From a virus (lineage: Duplodnaviria; Caudoviricetes), in the IMG/VR virus record IMGVR_UViG_3300025608_000015, positions 1 through 64,000 of that record: 64,000 bases of DNA. One strand, 5' to 3'. The translations under genes were made by a program, and so were the position numbers. The notes beneath the pieces were generated by a model. The model was given only the letters and a program-made list of their open reading frames with translations. It was not told where the DNA came from and did no database searches. This document shows, one piece after another, positions 18,760 to 27,292 of this stretch (its first letter is position 1; every line of letters begins with the position of its first letter).

Positions 18760-19704
18760 ATGTCAAGATCTAAAGCCTTTTTCTTAAACGGTGGCGCAGG
18801 CCGCATGCTTTGTTCAATTCCAGCCTTAGAAAAATACGCAGAAGAAAGCGGCGATGATGATTTTATCATTGTAGCAGAAGGCGGCACTGATATGTTTAAA
18901 GGACATCCAGTTTTGGATAGTAAAGCATATGATAACTGGACTAAAAATCTTTTTAATAATATGCTAAAAGATAGAGAATGTGTCTGGCCTGAACCTTATC
19001 AGCAATACGATTATTATAATCAAAATTGTAGTTTATCACAAGCATTTGATATAGTTATCAACAAAAACGGTATTAGAGAATTGCCTAAGCCAAAATTATA
19101 TCTTAGTAGAGATGAATTAGTAATCGGTAAAAAAGTAATTTCAGAAGTAAAAGAAAAGCTAAAAAAAGAAAAAGTTATTGTGATACAACCGTTTGGACGA
19201 GGCATCGAACTTATTGATAACACGTTGATTGATAAAACTGGTAGAAGCATAGAATTTAAAGACTTAAAAGAAATTATTAAGGCTTTACAAAAAGACGGTT
19301 ATGCTGTAATCATGATGAGTGAAATACACATGGACTTTAAAAACGATAAACTTAAAGACGAAGTTGCAATGCCAGAACAACTGAGTTTAAGACACTGGGC
19401 AGCAGTAATTAAATATGCAGACAAATTTTTAGGTTGTGATAGTGTTGGTCAGCACCTTGCGTATTCTGTAGAAACACCGACTGTTGCTATCATAGGTGCA
19501 ACTGATCCTATCAATGTTTCATACCCAGATTGTGATTTTTTTGATATATTAGATCTTGGACAAAATGACAGAAGATATTCTCCTATTAGAATTGTAATGG
19601 ATGAAGCAATTGATAGACACAACGAAAGATTAATGACCATGGACGAGCCTATTAGAGAATATGTAATTGATGTTATTTTAGAAAAAATTAAACATGAAGA
19701 ATAA
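18760..19704 (+). CDS. Glycosyltransferase family 9-like (heptosyltransferase-like)
   Basis: N-terminal NGGAGRMLCSIPAL (GT9 GGxGD...P-like), IVIQPFG, AAVIKYADKFLGCDSVGQHLAYSV.TPTVAIIG.T (GT9 DSG..HLA.A...P..A.FG.T). Confidence 0.75.
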   Translation: MSRSKAFFLNGGAGRMLCSIPALEKYAEESGDDDFIIVAEGGTDMFKGHPVLDSKAYDNWTKNLFNNMLKDRECVWPEPYQQYDYYNQNCSLSQAFDIVINKNGIRELPKPKLYLSRDELVIGKKVISEVKEKLKKEKVIVIQPFGRGIELIDNTLIDKTGRSIEFKDLKEIIKALQKDGYAVIMMSEIHMDFKNDKLKDEVAMPEQLSLRHWAAVIKYADKFLGCDSVGQHLAYSVETPTVAIIGATDPINVSYPDCDFFDILDLGQNDRRYSPIRIVMDEAIDRHNERLMTMDEPIREYVIDVILEKIKHEE

Positions 19705-20570
19705 TGTCTCGATTCTTTGTTTTAGGTTGTAGTTTTTCTAATTATGCTTGGCCTTCATGGGCCGATATAGTAGGAGAACAATACGATTTTTACGAAAACT
19801 GGGCTTGGCCAGGTTTAGGCAATAGGGCAATATTAGAAAGATTGTCTGAACTTATTCTAGTTCATAAAATACACGAAAAAGATACTATTATAATACAATG
19901 GACCAGTCATATTAGACACGACTGGCACACAACTGATGCTCGACACGGAGTGCCAGAAGGATGGAAAACCAGCGGAAGTATTTTTAATAGTATCAATAAA
20001 AAAATTTATAATAATAGTTGGCTTGATCAATTTTGGGATGAAAAAAGCTATGTAATGCATTCTTTAAATTGTATCCACGTAGCTCAAAAAATATTAAACA
20101 ATATTGGATGTACTTGGTTTATGACCAGTATGGGAAACATTGAAAAATTAAATTCAGATATTCCTGGAAATGATATATGTATAGATAAAAATAACATTGA
20201 AGAACAGAATATTTGGTCATTTGTACCGGAATTAAAAATTTACAAAGAAGAATTATTTACTAAATGTAAAGACAAATGGATTAAGCCAGTCGGAGTGTCT
20301 TCATGGCACGGGAATTATCCTGCATATAAATTTTTAGTAAAAAATATGTTAGGTTCTGCAAAATTTAGAACAGAATTTCATCCAACAATCTTACAACATA
20401 AAGAATTTGCTGTAGAGCATGTTTTACCTAAGTTAGACTGCAGCCAGTTTTTAAGTCCAAAAGTAGATATTTGGATAGATAAAGTAGAACAGTGTTATAC
20501 AGACTGTCATTCTGATTTTAATACCTTCGTTAAAAGCGTAGGTTGGAATAATCAATATAGAGGATTTTAA
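19704..20570 (+). CDS. SGNH/GDSL-like hypothetical protein
   Basis: VLGCSFS (GxS block I), N.A.PG.GN..I (block II), late FHPT..QH (block V-like); locally AT-rich. Confidence 0.45.
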   Translation: MSRFFVLGCSFSNYAWPSWADIVGEQYDFYENWAWPGLGNRAILERLSELILVHKIHEKDTIIIQWTSHIRHDWHTTDARHGVPEGWKTSGSIFNSINKKIYNNSWLDQFWDEKSYVMHSLNCIHVAQKILNNIGCTWFMTSMGNIEKLNSDIPGNDICIDKNNIEEQNIWSFVPELKIYKEELFTKCKDKWIKPVGVSSWHGNYPAYKFLVKNMLGSAKFRTEFHPTILQHKEFAVEHVLPKLDCSQFLSPKVDIWIDKVEQCYTDCHSDFNTFVKSVGWNNQYRGF

Positions 20571-20574
20571 TAAA

Positions 20575-22368
20575 ATGAAAAAACGTCCAGTATGGATTGC
20601 CGCAATAGCAAGAGGACATAATGCAGGTATATGTTTATTAAGAGATGGTGAAATTGTTTTTGCTAGCGAAGAAGAAAGATTTAGTCGGCAAAAATACGAC
20701 GGTGGCCCATTTGCTTGCATGGTAAAAATATTAGACTACACTGATAAACTAGATTATTTGGTAATTGCTCATACTCAACCTCTTTACGAAACTGCTGGAA
20801 GAGTAGATTATACAGGCGATGATATTTATACTGGCATGGCAAGAAAGTTAGGACTTATTAAAAATGAGCCTTATCAAATGGATGCTCATCCTCAAGTTAT
20901 TGATTTAGCTAATATGCACCATAAGTTACACGCAGCATGTGCATTTTATCGTTCTGGATTTGAAGATGCAGTTGCAGTATCAGTTGACGGCGCAGGAACA
21001 TTTTTCCCTTTACAAATTGGCCCAGAACAAGTAATGAGCTACGAGGTTGAAACTATTACTGATTGTGCTTATCCTGCAGAATTTGAAACTAAGTTTAAAG
21101 TTTATGGAGTGCGAGATCCTGTTCCTGCAGGTATCGTGCAAATGCCTAGTGATAGATTTGGTGAAACGGGTAAATTCCACGAAGCAGTTATTAGTGACAG
21201 AAGTGGTATTACAAAAGTATACGAAGGTGTTACAGAATACTGTGGATTTTCTGCAATTGAAGCAGGTAAAACTATGGGATTAAGTCCTTACGGCGAACCT
21301 GACGAAACTATTCCTCCGTTGTTTGATAAAGACTCTAAATATCCATTAAGTAATAGAAATATTATTATTCCAAGATATCCTAATGGCAGTATAGTTAACA
21401 GTGAGCTGTATGGAACGCTTGATGAATTTCCTGAAGAAGGACAGGATCTAACAGAACTTAAAAGTCGTAGGAATTTAGCATACGCTCTACAAAAAGAAAC
21501 TCAAGAGCAAGTACTTAATGTTATTCTAAAAGCAGTAGAAATGACAGGAAAGAAAAATGTTGTTCTATCAGGCGGTTATGCGTTAAATTGTGTTGCTAAT
21601 TATTTTTATCTTGATACACTCAATGAAAAAGGAATTAAACTTTACGTAGAACCAATTAGTTCAGATGCTGGCACAGCCCTTGGAGCTGCTTTAATTTTCC
21701 ATCATGCACTAGAAGATGACGAAACTATTCGTCCTGGTCATACATTATATCTTGGGCCTAAATATGATATTACAAATGATGATTTAGAAAAATTTAAAAG
21801 TTCCACTGTAGAAGTAATTGATGCAGATTATAATACAGTCGTTGATTTAATCACTAGTAAAAATATTGTTGCTATGTTCCAAGGTCGTGCAGAAAATGGT
21901 CCTAGAGCATTAGGCAATAGAAGTATAATGTACGATCCAACAGATCCAAACGGTAAAGACTTTGTTAATAAAGTAAAGCGCAGAGAATATTTCCGTCCAT
22001 TTGCAGGATCTATTCTAGAAGAGTATGCACACGAATGGTTCGACCTGCGAGGTATGGAGTCATCTCCGCATATGATGTATGCTATGAATTGTCAGCCAGG
22101 TGTTGAAGAAAAAATTCCTAGTATAATTCATGTTGATGGAACTTGTCGTATACAAACTGTTAATGCAGAACAAAACGAACACTACTATAATGTTATTAAA
22201 ACATTCTATGAACGTACAGGCGTGCCTATCATCTTTAATACGTCATTTAATCTAGGAGGTGAGCCACTTGTTGAAACACTAGATGATGCTGTGCGTACAT
22301 TAAAAAATAGTGAAATTGAATACCTATTCTTACCGGAGTTAGGTAAAATGGTAGTTGTAAAAAACTGA
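20575..22368 (+). CDS. O-carbamoyltransferase (NodU/CmcH/TobZ family)
   Basis: GHNAGICLL.DGEI.FA.EEERFSR.K, HHKLHAA.AFY.SGF, DGAG, GK.MGLS.YG, LSGG.ALNCVAN, DAG.ALGAA, GPRALGNRSI, KRRE.FRPFA, HVDGTCRIQTV, NTSFNL.GEPLV. Confidence 0.95.
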   Translation: MKKRPVWIAAIARGHNAGICLLRDGEIVFASEEERFSRQKYDGGPFACMVKILDYTDKLDYLVIAHTQPLYETAGRVDYTGDDIYTGMARKLGLIKNEPYQMDAHPQVIDLANMHHKLHAACAFYRSGFEDAVAVSVDGAGTFFPLQIGPEQVMSYEVETITDCAYPAEFETKFKVYGVRDPVPAGIVQMPSDRFGETGKFHEAVISDRSGITKVYEGVTEYCGFSAIEAGKTMGLSPYGEPDETIPPLFDKDSKYPLSNRNIIIPRYPNGSIVNSELYGTLDEFPEEGQDLTELKSRRNLAYALQKETQEQVLNVILKAVEMTGKKNVVLSGGYALNCVANYFYLDTLNEKGIKLYVEPISSDAGTALGAALIFHHALEDDETIRPGHTLYLGPKYDITNDDLEKFKSSTVEVIDADYNTVVDLITSKNIVAMFQGRAENGPRALGNRSIMYDPTDPNGKDFVNKVKRREYFRPFAGSILEEYAHEWFDLRGMESSPHMMYAMNCQPGVEEKIPSIIHVDGTCRIQTVNAEQNEHYYNVIKTFYERTGVPIIFNTSFNLGGEPLVETLDDAVRTLKNSEIEYLFLPELGKMVVVKN

Positions 22369-22374
22369 TAAATA
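22369..22374 (+). promoter_or_regulatory. Late-promoter-like TAAATA
   Basis: TAAATA about 22 nt before the 22396 start. Confidence 0.55.
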
Positions 22375-22395
22375 ATACTACATAAAGGATGTAGT

Positions 22396-22920
22396 ATGTT
22401 ACCATTAGACCAGTATTTCTCTACCGGACCAAGAAAAACTGTACAATTTAATCCAGGGGTAAACTTGAGTGTTCAAGGACCCTGGACTGAGCTTTATGGT
22501 AAAACAGAAATTGATAGATTTGAGTTAGGCGAATTTGCTGGCGCCGAATATACTATTATAGCTGATTTTGACTATAATGTTAAAGAGATTATAAAATGTA
22601 TTGTAGTTGCAGGCGGATCAACTACTTCTGTTTTACCATATGCACGGGCAAGCGTTGGCGAAGACATTATAGATATTACTGCTGAAATAACAGATAGTTA
22701 TGTAACTGTAAATGCTACTCCAAAAGTTACCGACAGCGATATATCGCTAGAAGGTGCTAGTGTATTTTTTAGTGCTACGTACTTTAAAAACAATCATCCT
22801 TTATACCAGAGACAAAAAGAAACAGTTGTTCAAGAAGTTGGATTAACTGGTTTATCAACATTTGACAATATTTCACTAACCTTTGATGGCATTAGTGTAA
22901 CGTTTGATCGGGGACAATAA
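22396..22920 (+). CDS. Hypothetical virion structural protein
   Basis: 174-aa beta-rich ORF with AAGGA RBS; stop overlaps the next start (TAATG). Confidence 0.6.
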   Translation: MLPLDQYFSTGPRKTVQFNPGVNLSVQGPWTELYGKTEIDRFELGEFAGAEYTIIADFDYNVKEIIKCIVVAGGSTTSVLPYARASVGEDIIDITAEITDSYVTVNATPKVTDSDISLEGASVFFSATYFKNNHPLYQRQKETVVQEVGLTGLSTFDNISLTFDGISVTFDRGQ

Positions 22921-24254
22921 TGGCTAAACAAGCATTAAACTTAGGTATATCAGCAAATGACGGGACGGGCGATACCCTAAGGTCAGGCGGTGATAAAATT
23001 AATGATAACTTTAACGAATTATACGGTAGTTTGGGTAATGGAACTGCTTTATTAGACGTTGTAAACAATAATTTAGAAATAGACGTTGCAGGTAAAGCTA
23101 ATAAAATTAGCTTCCTTTACGATACCGAAGGCGACTTGCCCGATGCAACAATTTATCACGGTGCTATTGCTCATGTTCATGCAACCGGGACATTGTATTA
23201 TGCCCACAGCGGAACTTGGAATAAATTACTTGCAGACGCTTCAGGACTAGGCGGAGTTACAAACTATACAGATCCTTTAGAATCAGTTGCTTATGCAGGC
23301 ACAATTTCTAGTTTGATTGATGTAGATTTATCAACTCCGGCAACACAGAATCAAGTATTAACTTATAACGGTTCAGCTTGGACAGCTGAAGATCCTACTG
23401 GAGGTGGTGCGTCTGCATTAGAAGATTTAACAAATGTAAGTACTAATGCTCCAACTACTGGTCAAGTTTTAAAATGGGACGGAAATCAGTGGGCACCTGC
23501 TGCTGACATTACTTCAGGCGGCGCTGGGTTAGATGCAGACACTCTTGACGGGCAAGACGGCAGTTATTATCTAAGTTATAATAACTTTACAGGTGCTGCA
23601 ACTGTAACATCCTTAACAATGGGTGGAAGAACAGTAAACACTATTAGTACAGATATAGCTAGTAATAGAGCAACTGCTCTAGCAACAGAAGCAACTGTAA
23701 AAGCATATGTTGATGCTAATGGCGGTGGTGGAAGTATTGATCCATCATCTAATATAGAAGTTAATACCGTAACAGCAACAAGTTTTATCAATGACGGTAC
23801 TGGTGCTCCTACAATTACAAGTGGCTCTAACTTAACAATAACTGCACCAGGCGGAGTTGTTGTTTCTGACAGCATTAGTGCAGGATTGTTTGATATAACA
23901 AGAAGTACTGAAACATTAGTATCATCTAGTCTTAGTACAACTACAAATTTAAATACACAAAATTCACAGATCTTTTACTTAACAGGTGCAGGATCTGGAT
24001 TAACAGCAACCTTAAACTTCCAAAATGTTCCTACTACAAACAATAAAACAATCAGCTTTGCAGTAGTTGTTGATCAGCAAGCAACTCCAGACGATATAAC
24101 AACTGTGCAAATAGACGGATCTGCTCAGACAGTAAATTGGGTAGGAGGATCAGCACCGAGCGGTACTGCTAGTTCTAAAGATGTGTTTAACTTTACATTT
24201 ATTAGAACAAGCAATGCTTGGGTTGTGTTAGGTAATTTGACAAGTTTTAGTTAA
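22920..24254 (+). CDS. Baseplate/fibre adaptor with T4 gp9/gp10-like N-terminus
   Basis: MAKQALNLGISANDGTGDTLRSGGDKINDNFNELY is the T4 gp9/10 N-terminal signature; also has L.DL..V....P..GQVL.W..W repeats and DADTLDGQD; shares TG.LYYAH.G.W.KL..D with 46957..48276. Confidence 0.7.
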   Translation: MAKQALNLGISANDGTGDTLRSGGDKINDNFNELYGSLGNGTALLDVVNNNLEIDVAGKANKISFLYDTEGDLPDATIYHGAIAHVHATGTLYYAHSGTWNKLLADASGLGGVTNYTDPLESVAYAGTISSLIDVDLSTPATQNQVLTYNGSAWTAEDPTGGGASALEDLTNVSTNAPTTGQVLKWDGNQWAPAADITSGGAGLDADTLDGQDGSYYLSYNNFTGAATVTSLTMGGRTVNTISTDIASNRATALATEATVKAYVDANGGGGSIDPSSNIEVNTVTATSFINDGTGAPTITSGSNLTITAPGGVVVSDSISAGLFDITRSTETLVSSSLSTTTNLNTQNSQIFYLTGAGSGLTATLNFQNVPTTNNKTISFAVVVDQQATPDDITTVQIDGSAQTVNWVGGSAPSGTASSKDVFNFTFIRTSNAWVVLGNLTSFS

Positions 24255-24255
24255 T

Positions 24256-26199
24256 ATGGCAAACGAAAAAGAGTATATAGTAACACTCAAAAAAGGTGTA
24301 AACAAACAAGATTTTGATGCCTTTATGCGCTCGCAGTATGGCAACGAAACCGTCCCAGAGAGATCTGTTGATGTTGTAAATTCTAGACCCGCATCACAAA
24401 GAATAGTTCACTATGCACTAAATGACGAAGAAGCTGCACATTTAAAAAATAATCCAAGTGTAATAGATGTAGAGATACCTGTTGAACAAAATCCTGATAT
24501 TATTATCGGGCACAATGCAAGTCAAACAGGAACATTTACTAGAGGATCTCCTACTGCTAACAGTGTAAATTGGGGATTAGCAAGATCTTTAGTTAGTACT
24601 AATATATTTACAAGTTATAATAATTCTCCTTTAACTTACACATATCCTTTAGACGGCACTGGCGTTGATGTAGTAATTCAAGACAGTGGAATTGATGCAG
24701 ATCATCCAGAATGGCAGGACAGCAATGGTAATTCGCGTTTAGCTCAAATAGACTGGTATGCGGAAAGTGGACTGCCAGGAACTCAAGATGCTAACTTTTA
24801 TACAGATTATGACGGACACGGAACTCATTGTGCAGGTATAGCATGTGGAAAAACATATGGCTGGGCAAAGGGAGCTCATCTGTATGCTCAAAAACTTGCA
24901 GGATTAGAAGGACCAGCAGATCCTAACAGCGGTATATCTATGACCGATGCGTTTGATGTAATACGTCTTTGGCATTTAAATAAAACTAACGGCAGACCTA
25001 CTGTGGTTAATATGAGCTGGGGATTTTTTAGTCTTGCATATGGAGATCCAATAAGCGGCACATACAGAGGAAGTCCTTGGACGTTTTCATCACAAAGTCA
25101 GTTTGCACTTTGGCAAAGTTACGGCATCGTATCACAATTTAGTGATCCTGAAGGCGGTCCACCTTTTAGACGATTCCAATCTACAGTTGCATATGTAAAT
25201 GCAGAAGTAGAAGACATGATAGATGCAGGAATCCATATTTGTATTGCTGCAGGTAACGATTATTATAAAGTTGATGTACCAGGCGGCGTAGATTACAACA
25301 ACTCACTTGATATATATAGGGCTTCGGACAACACTAATCAGGCAACATATAATTACCACCAAGGTGGCTCCCCTTACAGTGCAAGAGCATTTAATGTTGG
25401 AAACATTTCAACTGTCACACTGAATAATTTAGACATAGCAGCTGCCAGTAGCCAAAGAGGTCCTGCTGTAAACATATGGGCTCCTGGAACACAGATTCTA
25501 AGCACATCTAGTAGGGACAGAAATGTTATTAAATTTCCAAGTGTATTTGATTATCCTTCAGATAACACTTATAAAATAATGAGCATATCAGGCACATCAA
25601 TGGCAGCTCCACAGGTTGCAGGATTTGCAGCATGTTATCTTCAAATGTCTCCTAATGCTACTCCTGAAGAAGTGTTAAACAAAGTTATAGATTTATCAAA
25701 ACCAGAAATGTCTAACGGTAGCGATACAGACTATACGGATAACTCAGCACTATTAGAAGGACCAAATAGAGTTTTAATAACTCCGTTCTTAGCAGAACCT
25801 ATTACAACAACTGGCGCATTCAGTATAGCAAATGCAGGGTATGAATTTGATACTTCGGCAGACGATCCTGTACCAAGCCCTGCTCCGCAAGGACAAACAC
25901 TTACAATAGGTGTAACTAATGTAGGATCAGGTAGTTACTCATTATCCGGTGATGTTACAGGATCAAATGCAACTGTCAATTGTAACGCAGGAGACACATT
26001 GATATTTAATGTTAACGCACCTAGCCATCCTTTTTATATTAAAACATCAGCTACTACCGGAACAGGAAATCAAGCCTCGGGTGTAACAAATAACGGCAGC
26101 CAATCCGGCCAGGTAAGTTGGACTCCAACAACACCTGGAACATACTTTTATATTTGTCAATTTCATAGTGGAATGCAGGGACAAATTGTAGTATCATAA
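24256..26199 (+). CDS. S8 (subtilisin-like) serine protease with C-terminal cupredoxin domain
   Basis: N-terminal propeptide (YIVTLKKG); triad DSG / HGTHC / GTSMAAPQVAG; oxyanion AAGN; C-terminal HPF...YFYICQFHSGMQGQIVV type-1 copper motif. Confidence 0.9.
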   Translation: MANEKEYIVTLKKGVNKQDFDAFMRSQYGNETVPERSVDVVNSRPASQRIVHYALNDEEAAHLKNNPSVIDVEIPVEQNPDIIIGHNASQTGTFTRGSPTANSVNWGLARSLVSTNIFTSYNNSPLTYTYPLDGTGVDVVIQDSGIDADHPEWQDSNGNSRLAQIDWYAESGLPGTQDANFYTDYDGHGTHCAGIACGKTYGWAKGAHLYAQKLAGLEGPADPNSGISMTDAFDVIRLWHLNKTNGRPTVVNMSWGFFSLAYGDPISGTYRGSPWTFSSQSQFALWQSYGIVSQFSDPEGGPPFRRFQSTVAYVNAEVEDMIDAGIHICIAAGNDYYKVDVPGGVDYNNSLDIYRASDNTNQATYNYHQGGSPYSARAFNVGNISTVTLNNLDIAAASSQRGPAVNIWAPGTQILSTSSRDRNVIKFPSVFDYPSDNTYKIMSISGTSMAAPQVAGFAACYLQMSPNATPEEVLNKVIDLSKPEMSNGSDTDYTDNSALLEGPNRVLITPFLAEPITTTGAFSIANAGYEFDTSADDPVPSPAPQGQTLTIGVTNVGSGSYSLSGDVTGSNATVNCNAGDTLIFNVNAPSHPFYIKTSATTGTGNQASGVTNNGSQSGQVSWTPTTPGTYFYICQFHSGMQGQIVVS

Positions 26200-26202
26200 A
26201 TA
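26197..26202 (+). promoter_or_regulatory. Late-promoter-like TAAATA (overlaps stop codon)
   Basis: TAAATA on the protease stop codon, about 18 nt before the 26220 start. Confidence 0.55.
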
Positions 26203-26219
26203 CTGTATAGGAGCAATAA

Positions 26220-27290
26220 ATGGCAGTAAATTACAAACCGTTAAGTGCAGAATTTGGGTTTAAAAGCCCAGGTTTTACTGTGGACAACGACGGTAATATT
26301 ACTGCAAAAACTCTTACACTTGCAAGTCAAGCAGACACTAGTAATTTTGTTGTTACAAATTCTGGCACATCTTTTATTATCAACGATGAAACAGGAAATC
26401 CTGGTATTTCAGTTATTAAAGGCGAAACATATCAGTTTACACTTACGTTAGACAGCGATGCAGACTTTAATATCTATGAAAGACCAGGTGTTTTATACAA
26501 TAACGGATTACAGTTTGTAGACATTGGGGGAGATGTTTTCGATGGCGCAAGTGCTCAAGGAAAACGCCAAGGTACATTAACATTTAAGGTGCCTGTAGAT
26601 GCTCCAGACAGATTATTTTATGCCAACGGGGCATTTACTTCTTCAGGTATTATTACAGTAGATCTTCCAACTGTAGTAGGTGTAGGCATATTCGAGCAGC
26701 TAACTGTTACCGGAACATCTTTACTTAACAATTTAAGTTTGACAAATACCACTGACAGTACAAGTACAACCACGGGCGGGTTTGTACTAGCTGGTGGCGC
26801 AGGCATTGCAAAAGATGTAAACATTGGCGGTAGTATTACATCACAAGGGCCAATATCAACACAAGGTTCTATTACTTCACAAGGATCTATTACATCACAA
26901 GGGTCTATGAGTTTAGCAGGATCACTAACAGTAGGTGGTTATTTAAGATCAAACTCTTTATCAGCAGACGAGGTAGAAACATTTAGTATTGTATCAACAA
27001 CTGATTTAGCACTTAACGTTGATAATCAAATATCTATACAAGTAGGTAGTTCGCAAATTGGTAGTATAGATGCTCAAGGCCTTGTACTAGATATTAGAAA
27101 TAGCGATGCAGAAAATATGAACATTACTGCTAGTACAATAAATAACACTACAATAGGATTAACTACACCTAGCACTGCTAGTTTTACTAGTGCTACAGTA
27201 TCTAGCGAACCTGTAGAAAACGAAGATATTACAAATAAAGATTATGTAGACACGCAAGATATTGCGTTCTCAATAGCATTTGGATTATAA
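26220..27290 (+). CDS. Virion structural protein with ligand-less cupredoxin-like domain and fibre shaft
   Basis: NPGISVIKGETYQFTL...GTLTFKVPVDAPDRLFY aligns by eye with the upstream cupredoxin domain but lacks H/C/H/M; G.FV..GG.GIAKD..IGG fibre motif; C-terminal NK.YVD...IAFSIAFGL. Confidence 0.6.
   Translation: MAVNYKPLSAEFGFKSPGFTVDNDGNITAKTLTLASQADTSNFVVTNSGTSFIINDETGNPGISVIKGETYQFTLTLDSDADFNIYERPGVLYNNGLQFVDIGGDVFDGASAQGKRQGTLTFKVPVDAPDRLFYANGAFTSSGIITVDLPTVVGVGIFEQLTVTGTSLLNNLSLTNTTDSTSTTTGGFVLAGGAGIAKDVNIGGSITSQGPISTQGSITSQGSITSQGSMSLAGSLTVGGYLRSNSLSADEVETFSIVSTTDLALNVDNQISIQVGSSQIGSIDAQGLVLDIRNSDAENMNITASTINNTTIGLTTPSTASFTSATVSSEPVENEDITNKDYVDTQDIAFSIAFGL
26832..26921 (+). repeat. 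18-nt in-frame tandem repeat (SITSQG-like, 5 units)
   Basis: agtattacatcacaaggg / ccaatatcaacacaaggt / tctattacttcacaagga / tctattacatcacaaggg / tctatgagtttagcagga. Confidence 0.8.
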
Positions 27291-27292
27291 TA

